Assembly (NCBI GenBank): GCA_964016885.1
Contig: OZ024746.1
Coordinates: forward strand, 78,430,001-78,494,000
DNA: 64,000 bases
From: Eledone cirrhosa
Lineage: Eukaryota
Direction: 5' to 3'
Below are positions 1-11,404 of this stretch, in pieces. The position numbers were made by a program, and so were the translations under genes. Numbering within the stretch: the stretch's first letter is position 1; each line of letters begins with the position of its first letter. The notes beneath the pieces are model-generated. The model saw only the letters and a program-made list of their open reading frames with translations, did not search any database and had not been told where the DNA came from.

Positions 1-200
1 TGTGGCCGTGTAGGCAACACGGTAAAAACCTCCCAGCCCCACACTGTAAATGTGGTTGGTGTTAGGAAGGGCATCCAACTGTAGAAAACCCGCCAGACAG
101 TCCTATGCGAGCAAGACAACCACTCTTGCCTCAAGTGGGAAAACCCCCGTCCAAACCCATGCAAGCGTGGAACACGGACGCTAAACCTGATGATGATGAT
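1..200 (+). mobile_element. 3' end of an RTE element (or RTE-tailed SINE) of the same family as 11047-11254, in opposite orientation
   Basis: Near-exact reverse complement of 11047-11254, ending in (TGA)n; truncated by the window edge. Confidence 0.88.
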
Positions 201-232
201 GTGTGTATTTATAGTTGTCTGTTTTCATTTCT

Positions 233-461
233 TTAACCCCTTTAGCATTTACATTACTCTATATATGTTATTGTATTTTCATGGTAAAGGCATTATCTTA
301 CATAATATCTCACATAATATCGAATCTATGAGATTTTGATGTTATTTATTTTGAGAACAATACCTTAACGTCAGTATGAGCGGTCAGTTATGGCTGGTTT
401 GAATAGAAAGAGGTGAGAGAAATCTGGCAACATATAGCCAGTTTAAATGCTAAAGGGTTAA
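233..461 (+). mobile_element. piggyBac-like MITE (TTAA target, CCCTTTAGCATTTA TIR), copy 1
   Basis: ttaa-cccctttagcattta ... taaatgctaaaggg-ttaa; internal sequence shared with three other copies. Confidence 0.8.
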
Positions 462-1514
462 AGGGAAGGGTGTTTTGTTTTTATAATATATTTTCTTGTA
501 TATGTTTAAATATAGCATCACCAACACTAGATGGACTGTTGTGTTCTTGGCACAATTGAAGTGTCATCTCAAGTTTTCTTGGCATGGGTCCTACAGCTAA
601 ATACCTTTCCCATCACCAACCACCTTATTTGGTGTACAGGATGTGTTTTATCATGGAATTAACTCAACTACGAGAAGGGATAAGATGAGGTAGATACATC
701 ATATATGTAATACATAATATCTATAATATGCATACCCCTTCCACTATCACGCCTCAGTTATTCTCTCCAACATTACACATTCCCTTCCCAGCACTCATGA
801 GTGCATTTCCACCCTGCGCTATTGTCTAAACCACCCACGCCACCCTCACCCTCACCATCACCATCTTTGCTTCAGTGTTCTCACCACTGCACCCCATCTC
901 ATGCTATCGAAAGTCAACCCTTTCCCACCCTGTCAAATCATTCAACCCTTGTTATACCTTTATGCTTATCTCCCTCCTATTGCTTACACCCACCTACCCC
1001 GCATCACATAGCAGAGAGGGCTCTTGCTTTGGGACAAGGACCAACAAACTTTCTAGAATTGGTGCTATGAAAATGCACCCTGTATACCTCATAAAGTTGT
1101 TTGCAACAGGGAGGGGCACCTCACTGTAGAAACCATGCCTAAAAGGAGTTGAGTTGAACGGACCCTTCAATTATGTTATGGTGTGACACGCTTTCTTGTT
1201 TTGGGGATCTACACGATAAACACACCCAGTACATGCTGTAAAGTTATTGGTGATAAAAAGAGCAACCAGACATAGGAAAGTTGCCAAACAAAGGGTTGGC
1301 CGGTTGCTTCAGTTGTGTCAGATACATGACAACTTCTCTTGTACACTCGGTAGAATGGGAGACCCTACGTAAGTGAGATACAGTCACCCCCTGGCATGCC
1401 TGGGAGGTCAGTAGCCCTGCTTCAGAACTGACTTGGTCTATGGAAACCTGTCCAACCTTGCTAGGAGGGAAAACAGTCATTAAATGTTGATGATACAATA
1501 TATGTGTGTGTGTG

Positions 1515-1575
<61 letters not shown>

Positions 1576-1921
1576 ATATATATGTATATGTAACGGTAAT
1601 AACAGAAATAACAAAACAAATGGCACAGTACATAGAAGAAGAAATATATTAGTTTAATGCTTGAAATAGCAGGAAGAGAGTTTTAACGTTTCAAACACTA
1701 GTCCTTCATCAGAAGATAAATAGAAAGTAAAGAGTGGTGAGAGGAAGGAAAGGGGGGGGGGTGAGAAAAAGATTGGGGAGGAAAATAAAACGTGTGTATT
1801 CAGTCGGCCATCTTGGAGAGTATACTTATATATATGTAGAAGTTATCCGGGTGCTTCCAACCAAAATGGTCGCATTCTTTAAGGGTATGTCAATATTTGT
1901 TTATAAAACTGATCTATATTA

Positions 1922-1986
1922 TATTTTATCTGATGAAAGCGCACCATAATTTGCTTTGGTGTCCTTGAAATATGTATAATGAAATA
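1922..1986 (+). ncRNA. Minimal type-I hammerhead-ribozyme-like motif (Penelope-type repeat)
   Basis: tattttat-CTGATGA-stem II (aag.gcacca/tggtgt.ctt)-GAAA-tatgtata-atgaaata; stem I pairs across the ends. Confidence 0.55.
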
Positions 1987-2027
1987 AATATGGTTTTATA
2001 AATATAGTTTCCATTTGTTCATATATC

Positions 2028-2058
<31 letters not shown>

Positions 2059-2476
2059 CTTAGATGTTTTCTATGTATCATGTATTTGTGCCTTACTCTC
2101 TTTCACTCTCCTTTAGTTCACCATGTACACTCATACACACCCTCTCTCTTTCTTCTTCCTCCCTCTCTCTCTCTCACTCATACCCTACTCCCTCCCTTAC
2201 TATGTCTCTATATATGAATCCCTCACACATCTGAGCATTATTTCCTTAACCACACACACACACACTATGCCACACCATACATAAATCAAAATTTCAATAC
2301 AATGTGTAGCATTACGCATGGCATTGTTGTAGTACATTAACATAACTAGTTTCTACAATACATATATGTATGTGTATATATATATATACACATAGACACG
2401 CACACAGACACACATTTATATATACATATATACATTTTTATATATATATATATATCCATACACACACACACACACC

Positions 2477-2524
<48 letters not shown>

Positions 2525-2918
2525 CATACATATATATACATACATACATATACATATATATATATATACACATATATTTATGTATATATAATTCATTCAT
2601 GTATATATGCATTATTATTCATTGCCATCTACACAAACTATTCAATATTTTCATATTTATATTTCACCTGCTATGTATGTGTGTATATGTGTGTGTGTGT
2701 GTCTCTCTGTGCATGTGTGTGTGTGTGTATATGTGTATGTGTCTCTGTGTGTGTGTGTGTATGTGTGTGTGTGTCTCTCTGTGCGTGTGTGTGTGTGTGT
2801 GTGTGTCTTATTAACAACATCATTGTTATATTCCAGCAGAATAAATCTCACCATTTTCCACAACAGTGGAACAGAAGTCATTTTCTTATATTATTATCAT
2901 TTGCTCTGTGTCATTGCT

Positions 2919-2975
<57 letters not shown>

Positions 2976-3219
2976 TGTGGCTGTTGGTGTTTGTTGTTGT
3001 TGTGGCTGTTGTTGTTGTTGCTGTTGTTGTTGGTGCTGGTGTTGTTGGTAGTGGTGTTGGTGTTTGTGCTGGTGTTGGTAGTGGTGTTGTTGTTGTTGGT
3101 GTTGTTGGTAGTGGTGCTGTTGTTGGTAGTGGTGCTGTTGTTGGTGTTGTTGTTGTTGGTGTTGTTGGTAGTGGTGCTGTTGGTGGTGTTGTTGGTAGTG
3201 GTGGTGGTGGTGTTGCTAC

Positions 3220-6200
3220 AGTTGTTATTGTGGTAGTGGTGGTGGTAGTAGTGTTACTACAGTTGTTATTGTCGTAGTGGTGGAGGTAGTAGTGTTGCTA
3301 CAGTTGTTATTGTCCTAGTGGTGGAGGTAGTAGTGTTGCTACAGTTGTTATTGTCGTAGTGGTAGTGGTAGTAGTGTTGCTACAGTTGTTATTGTCGTAG
3401 TGGTAGTGGTAGTAGTGTTGCTACAGTTGTTATTGTCGTAGTGGTGGAGGTAGTAGTGTTGCTACAGTTGTTATTGTCGTAGTGGTAGTGGTAGTAGTGT
3501 TGCTACAGTTGTTATTGTCCTAGTGGTAGTGGTAGTAGTGTTGCTACAGTTGTTATTGTCCTAGTGGTAGTGGTAGTAGTGTTGCTACAGTTGTTATTGT
3601 CCTAGTGGTAGTGGTAGTAGTGTTGCTACAGTTGTTATTGTCGTAGTGGTAGAGGTAGTGGTAGTAGTGTTGCTACAGTTGTTATTGTGGTAGAGGTAGT
3701 GGTAGTAGTGTTGCTACAGTTGTTATTGTGGTAGAGGTAGTGGTAGTAGTGTTGCTACAGTTGTTATTGTCGTAGTGGTAGTGGTGTTGCTACAGTTGTT
3801 ATTGTGGTAGTGGTGGTGGTGGTAGTATTGCTACAGTTGTTATTGTGGTAGAGGTAGTGGTAGTGGTGTTGCTACAGTTGTTATTGTCGTAGTGGTAGAG
3901 GTAGTGGTAGTAGTGTTGCTACAGTTGTTATTGTGATGGTGGTAGTGGTAGTAGTGTTACTACAGTTGTTATTGTGGTAGAGGTAGTGGTAGTAGTGTTG
4001 CTACAGTTGTTATTGTGGTAGTGGTGGAGGTAGTCGTAGTAGTGTTGCTACAGTTGTTATTGTGGTAGTGGTGAAGGTAGTGGTAGTAGTGTTGCTACAG
4101 TTGTTATTGTGGTAGTGGTGGAGGTAGTGGTAGTAGTGTTGCTACAGTTGTTATTGTGGTAGTGGTGGAGGTAGTGGTAGTAGTGTTGCTACAGTTGTTA
4201 TTGTGGTAGTGGTGGAGGTAGTGGTGTTGCTACAGTTGTTATTGTCGTAGTGGTGGAGGTAGTGGTAGTAGTGTTGCTACAGTTGTTATTGTGGTAGTGG
4301 TGGAGGTAGTGGTAGTAGTGTTGCTACAGTTGTTATTGTCGTAGTGGTGGAGGTAGTGGTAGTAGTGTTGCTACAGTTGTTATTGTCGTAGTGGTAGAGG
4401 TAGTGGTAGTAGTGTTGCTACAGTTGTTATTGTGGTAGTGGTAGTGGTAGTGGTGTTGCTACAGTTGTTATTGTCGTAGTGGTAGAGGTAGTGGTAGTGG
4501 TGTTGCTACAGTTGTTATTGTGGTAGTGGTAGAGGTAGTGGTAGTGGTGTTGCTACAGTTGTTATTGTGGTAGAGGTGGAGGTAGTGGTAGTAGTGTTGC
4601 TACAGTTGTTATTGTGGTAGAGGTGGAGGTAGTGGTGTTGCTACAGTTGTTATTGTCGTAGTGGTGGAGGTAGTGGTAGTGGTGTTGCTACAGTTGTTAT
4701 TGTGGTAGAGGTAGTGGTAGTGGTGTTGCTACAGTTGTTATTGTGGTAGTGGTGGAGGTAGTGGTAGTAGTGTTGCTACAGTTGTTATTGTCGTAGTGGT
4801 GGAGGTAGTGGTAGTAGTGTTGCTACAGTTGTTATTGTCGTAGTGGTGGAGGTAGTGGTAGTAGTGTTGCTACAGTTGTTATTGTGGTAGTGGTAGAGGT
4901 AGTGGTAGTGGTGTTGCTACAGTTGTTATTGTCGTAGTGGTGGAGGTAGTGGTAGTAGTGTTGCTACAGTTGTTATTGTGGTAGTGGTGGAGGTAGTGGT
5001 AGTGGTGTTGCTACAGTTGTTATTGTCGTAGTGGTGGAGGTAGTGGTGTTGCTACAGTTGTTATTGTCGTAGTGGTGGAGGTAGTGGTGTTGCTACAGTT
5101 GTTATTGTGGTAGAGGTAGTGGTAGTGGTGTTGCTACAGTTGTTATTGTGGTAGAGGTAGTGGTAGTGGTGTTGCTACAGTTGTTATTGTCGTAGTGGTG
5201 GAGGTAGTGGTAGTGGTGTTGCTACAGTTGTTATTGTGGTAGAGGTAGTGGTAGTAGTGTTGCTACAGTTGTTATTGTCGTAGTGGTGGAGGTAGTAGTG
5301 TTGCTACAGTTGTTATTGTGGTAGAGGTAGTGGTAGTAGTGTTGCTACAGTTGTTATTGTGGTAGTGGTGGAGGTAGTGGTAGTAGTGTTGCTACAGTTG
5401 TTATTGTCCTAGTGGTAGTGGTAGTGGTGTTGCTACAGTTGTTATTGTGGTAGTGGTAGTGGTAGTGGTGTTGCTACAGTTGTTATTGTGGTAGAGGTAG
5501 TGGTAGTAGTGTTGCTACAGTTGTTATTGTGGTAGAGGTAGTGGTAGTAGTGTTGCTACAGTTGTTATTGTGGTAGTGGTAGTGGTAGTGGTGTTGCTAC
5601 AGTTGTTATTGTGGTAGTGGTAGTGGTAGTGGTGTTGCTAGAGTTGTTATTGTGGTAGAGGTAGTGGTAGTAGTGTTGCTACAGTTGTTATTGTGGTAGT
5701 GGTAGTGGTAGTGGTGTTGCTACAGTTGTTATTGTGGTAGAGGTAGTGGTAGTAGTGTTGCTACAGTTGTTATTGTGGTAGTGGTAGTGGTAGTGGTGTT
5801 GCTACAGTTGTTATTGTGGTAGAGGTAGTGGTAGTAGTGTTGCTACAGTTGTTATTGTGGTAGTGGTAGTGGTAGTAGTGTTGCTACAGTTGTTATTGTG
5901 GTAGTGGTAGTGGTAGTGGTGTTGCTACAGTTGTTATTGTGGTAGAGGTAGTGGTAGTAGTGTTGCTACAGTTGTTATTGTGGTAGTGGTAGTGGTAGTG
6001 GTGTTGCTACAGTTGTTATTGTGGTAGTGGTAGTGGTAGTGGTGTTGCTACAGTTGTTATTGTGGTAGAGGTAGTGGTAGTAGTGTTGCTACAGTTGTTA
6101 TTGTGGTAGAGGTAGTGGTACTGGTGTTGCTACAGTTGTTATTGTGGTAGTGGTGGTGGTGGTAGTATTGCTACAGTTGTTATTGTGGTAGTGGTAGTGG

Positions 6201-9200
6201 TAGTAGTGTTGCTACAGTTGTTATTGTCGTAGTGGTGGAGGTAGTGGTAGTGGTGTTGCTACAGTTGTTATTGTGGTAGTGGTAGAGGTAGTGGTAGTAG
6301 TGTTACTACAGTTGTTATTGTGGTAGAGGTAGTGGTAGTAGTGTTGCTACAGTTGTTATTGTGGTAGAGGTAGTGGTAGTAGTGTTGCTACAGTTGTTAT
6401 TGTGGTAGAGGTAGTGGTAGTAGTGTTGCTACAGTTGTTATTGTGGTAGTGGTGGAGGTAGTCGTAGTAGTGTTGCTACAGTTGTTATTGTCGTAGTGGT
6501 GGAGGTAGTGGTAGTAGTGTTGCTACAGTTGTTATTGTATTAGAGGTAGTGGTAGTAGTGTTGCTACAGTTGTTATTGTCGTAGTGGTGGAGGTAGTGGT
6601 AGTAGTGTTGCTACAGTTGTTATTGTGGTAGAGGTAGTGGTAGTAGTGTTGCTACAGTTGTTATTGTCGTAGTGGTGGAGGTAGTGGTAGTAGTGTTGCT
6701 ACAGTTGTTATTGTCGTAGTGGTGGAGGTAGTGGTAGTAGTGTTGCTACAGTTGTTATTGTGGTAGAGGTAGTGGTAGTAGTGTTGCTACAGTTGTTATT
6801 GTCGTAGTGGTGGAGGTAGTGGTAGTAGTGTTGCTACAGTTGTTATTGTGGTAGAGGTAGTGGTAGTAGTGTTGCTACAGTTGTTATTGTCGTAGTGGTG
6901 GAGGTAGTGGTAGTAGTGTTGCTACAGTTGTTATTGTGGTAGAGGTAGTGGTAGTAGTGTTGCTACAGTTGTTATTGTGGTAGTGGTGGAGGTAGTGGTA
7001 GTGGTGTTGCTACAGTTGTTATTGTCGTAGTGGTGGAGGTAGTGGTAGTAGTGTTGCTACAGTTGTTATTGTGGTAGTGGTGGAGGTAGTGGTAGTAGTG
7101 TTGCTACAGTTGTTATTGTCGTAGTGGTGGAGGTAGTGGTAGTGGTGTTGCTACAGTTGTTATTGTGGTAGTGGTAGTGGTAGTAGTGTTGCTACAGTTG
7201 TTATTGTGGTAGTGGTGGAGGTAGTGGTAGTGGTGTTGCTACAGTTGTTATTGTCGTAGTGGTGGAGGTAGTGGTGTTGCTACAGTTGTTATTGTGGTAG
7301 TGGTGGAGGTAGTGGTAGTAGTGTTGCTACAGTTGTTATTGTGGTAGTGGTAGTGGTAGTAGTGTTGCTACAGTTGTTATTGTGGTAGTGGTGGAGGTAG
7401 TGGTAGTGGTGTTGCTACAGTTGTTATTGTCGTAGTGGTGGAGGTAGTGGTAGTGGTGTTGCTACAGTTGTTATTGTGGTAGTGGTAGTAGTGTTACTAC
7501 AGTTGTTATTGTGGTAGTGGTGGAGGTAGTGGTAGTAGTGTTGCTACAGTTGTTATTGTGGTAGTGGTGGAGGTAGTGGTAGTAGTGTTGCTACAGTTGT
7601 TATTGTGGTAGTGGTGGAGGTAGTGGTAGTAGTGTTGCTACAGTTGTTATTGTCGTAGTGGTAGAGGTAGTGGTAGTAGTGTTGCTACAGTTGTTATTGT
7701 GGTAGTGGTGGTGGTAGTAGTGTTACTACAGTTGTTATTGTCTTAGTGGTAGAGGTAGTGGTAGTAGTGTTGCTACAGTTGTTATTGTGGTAGTGGTGGT
7801 GGTAGTAGTGTTACTACAGTTGTTATTGTCTTAGTGGTAGAGGTAGTGGTAGTAGTGTTGCTACAGTTGTTATTGTGGTAGTGGTGGTGGTAGTAGTGTT
7901 ACTACAGTTGTTATTGTCTTAGTGGTAGAGGTAGTGGTAGTAGTGTTGCTACAGTTGTTATTGTGGTAGTGGTGGTGGTAGTAGTGTTACTACAGTTGTT
8001 ATTGTCGTAGTGGTAGAGGTAGTGGTAGTAGTGTTGCTACAGTTGTTATTGTCGTAGTGGTGGAGGTAGTGGTAGTGGTGTTGCTACAGTTGTTATTGTG
8101 GTAGTGGTGGTGGTAGTAGTGTTGCTACAGTTGTTATTGTGGTAGTGGTGGTGGTAGTAGTGTTACTACAGTTGTTATTGTGGTAGAGGTGGAGGTAGTG
8201 GTAGTAGTGTTGCTACAGTTGTTATTGTGGTAGTGGTGGTGGTAGTAGTGTTACTACAGTTGTTATTGTCTTAGTGGTAGAGGTAGTGGTAGTAGTGTTG
8301 CTACAGTTGTTATTGTGGTAGTGGTGGTGGTAGTAGTGTTACTACAGTTGTTATTGTCTTAGTGGTAGAGGTAGTGGTAGTAGTGTTGCTACAGTTGTTA
8401 TTGTGGTAGTGGTGGTGGTAGTAGTGTTACTACAGTTGTTATTGTCGTAGTGGTAGAGGTAGTGGTAGTAGTGTTACTACAGTTGTTATTGTGGTAGAGG
8501 TGGAGGTAGTGGTAGTAGTGTTGCTACAGTTGTTATTGTGGTAGTGGTGGTGGTAGTGGTGTTGCTACAGTTGTTATTGTGGTAGTGGTGGAGGTAGTGG
8601 TAGTAGTGTTGCTACAGTTGTTATTGTGGTAGTGGTGGTGGTAGTAGTGTTACTACAGTTGTTATTGTCGTAGTGGTAGTAGTGTTGCTACAGTTGTTAT
8701 TGTCGTAGTGGTGGAGGTAGTGGTAGTGGTGTTGCTACAGTTGTTATTGTGGTAGTGGTGGTGGTAGTAGTGTTGCTACAGTTGTTATTGTGGTAGTGGT
8801 GGAGGTAGTGGTAGTAGTGTTGCTACAGTTGTTATTGTCGTAGTGGTGGAGGTAGTGGTAGTGGTGTTGCTACAGTTGTTATTGTGGTAGAGGAGGTGGT
8901 AGTAGTGTTGCCACAGTTGTTATTGTGGTAGAGGTAGTGGTAGTGGTGTTGCTACAGTTGTTATTGTGATAGTGGTGGTGGTAGTAGTGTTGCTACAGTT
9001 GTTATTGTGGTAGAGGTAGTGGTGTTGCTACAGTTGTTATTGCGGTAGTGGTAGTGGTGTTGCTACAGTTGTTATTGTCGTAGTGGTGGAGGTAGTGGTA
9101 GTGGTGTTGCTACAGTTGTTATTGTCGTAGTGGTGGAGGTAGTGGTAGTGGTGTTGCTACAGTTGTTATTGTGGTAGAGGTAGTGGTAGTGGTGTTGCTA

Positions 9201-10535
9201 CAGTTGTTATTGTGATAGTGGTGGTGGTAGTAGTGTTGCTACAGTTGTTATTGTCGTAGTGGTGGAGGTAGTGGTAGTGGTGTTGCTACAGTTGTTATTG
9301 TGGTAGAGGTAGTGGTAGTGGTGTTGCTACAGTTGTTATTGTGGTAGAGGTAGTGGTAGTGGTGTTGCTACAGTTGTTATTGTGATAGTGGTGGTGGTAG
9401 TAGTGTTGCTACAGTTGTTATTGTCGTAGTGGTGGAGGTAGTGGTAGTGGTGTTGCTACAGTTGTTATTGTGGTAGAGGTAGTGGTAGTGGTGTTGCTAC
9501 AGTTGTTATTGTGGTAGAGGTAGTGGTAGTGGTGTTGCTACAGTTGTTATTGTGATAGTGGTGGTGGTAGTAGTGTTGCTACAGTTGTTATTGTCGTAGT
9601 GGTGGAGGTAGTGGTAGTGGTGTTGCTACAGTTGTTATTGTGGTAGAGGTAGTGGTAGTGGTGTTGCTACAGTTGTTATTGTGATAGTGGTGGTGGTAGT
9701 AGTGTTGCTACAGTTGTTATTGTCGTAGTGGTAGAGGTAGTGGTAGTGGTGTTGCTACAGTTGTTATTGTCGTAGTGGTGGAGGTAGTGGTAGTGGTGTT
9801 GCTACAGTTGTTATTGTCGTAGTGGTGGAGGTAGTGGTAGTGGTGTTGCTACAGTTGTTATTGTCGTAGTGGTAGAGGTAGTGGTAGTGGTGTTGCTACA
9901 GTTGTTATTGTCGTAGTGGTAGAGGTAGTGGTAGTGGTGTTGCTACAGTTGTTATTGTGGTAGTGGTGGAGGTAGTGGTAGTGGTGTTGCTACAGTTGTT
10001 ATTGTGGTAGTGGTAGTGGTAGTAGTGTTGCTACAGTTGTTATTGTGGTAGTGGTAGTGGTAGTGGTGTTGCTACAGTTGTTATTGTCGTAGTGGTGGAG
10101 GTAGTGGTAGTGGTGTTGCTACAGTTGTTATTGTGGTAGAGGTAGTGGTAGTGGTGTTGCTACAGTTGTTATTGTGGTAGTGGTAGAGGTAGTGGTAGTA
10201 GTGTTGCTACAGTTGTTATTGTGGTAGTGGTAGAGGTAGTGGTAGTGGTGTTGCTACAGTTGTTATTGTGGTAGAGGTAGTGGTAGTGGTAGTAGTGTTG
10301 CTACAGTTGTTATTGTGGTAGTGGTAGTGGTAGTGGTAGTAGTGTTGCTACAGTTGTTATTGTGGTAGTGGTGGAGGTAGTGGTAGTAGTGTTGCTACAG
10401 TTGTTATTGTGGTAGTGGTAGTGGTAGTGGTAGTAGTGTTGCTACAGTTGTTATTGTGGTAGAGGTAGTGGTAGTGGTAGTAGTGTTGCTACAGTTGTTA
10501 TTGTGGTAGTGGTAGTGGTGTTGCTACAGTTGTTA
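3220..10535. repeat. 7.3-kb GT-rich minisatellite, mostly 41/47-bp units
   Basis: Constant core gtgttgctacagttgttattgt separated by variable ggtagt/ggtgga/ggtaga hexamer blocks. Confidence 0.97.
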
Positions 10536-10849
10536 TGTTGGTTGTGTTGTTGCTACTATAATCACCATGGTGGTGGTGGTGGTGGTGGTGGTGGTGGTGG
10601 TGGTGGTGTAGTTGTTACATGATTTGCCACAGGTATAACATGGCTTGTTGTTGTTGTTGTTGTTGTTACATATACATAACAGATTTGCCACCTGTATACA
10701 CTCTTTGTTGTTGGTGAGATATTAAAGTTTTATTGCTGCTGTGTTTATGTTCATGTTTGTCTGTCTGCATATATGTGCATATACATACATGCAAACATGC
10801 AAGTATGCTGATTTATATATAAATATGTGTGTGTATATACATATATGTG

Positions 10850-10891
<42 letters not shown>

Positions 10892-10897
10892 ATATAC

Positions 10898-11014
<117 letters not shown>

Positions 11015-11404
11015 CATATATATATGTATATATATATATATATATATCATCATCATCATCATCATCAACGTTTAACGTCCGTGTTCCACGCTTGCATGGG
11101 TTTGGACGGGGGTAGTCCCACTTGAGGCAAGAGTGATTGTCTTGCTCGCATAGGACTGTCTGGCAGGTTTTCTACAGTTGGATGCCCTTCCTAACACCAA
11201 CCACATTTACAGTGTGGGTCTGGGAGGTTTTTACCGTGTTGCCTACACGGCCACATTACAGCGTGGACTGTGTGTTTTTTTGTCGTGACACCTACACGAT
11301 CTCATTTGTTTCGGCCCGGATGGCGCGGCACCAACATAACTTTACATAGGACGGGGTGGTGTGGATGGGGTGGGGGTGGTGGTGGTGGGACGGGGTGTAT
11401 TTTG

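Noticed and set aside
3220-10535. CRISPR-like constant repeat with variable spacers
   Set aside because: Spacers are low-complexity permutations of the same hexamers, the context is eukaryotic, and there are no cas genes.
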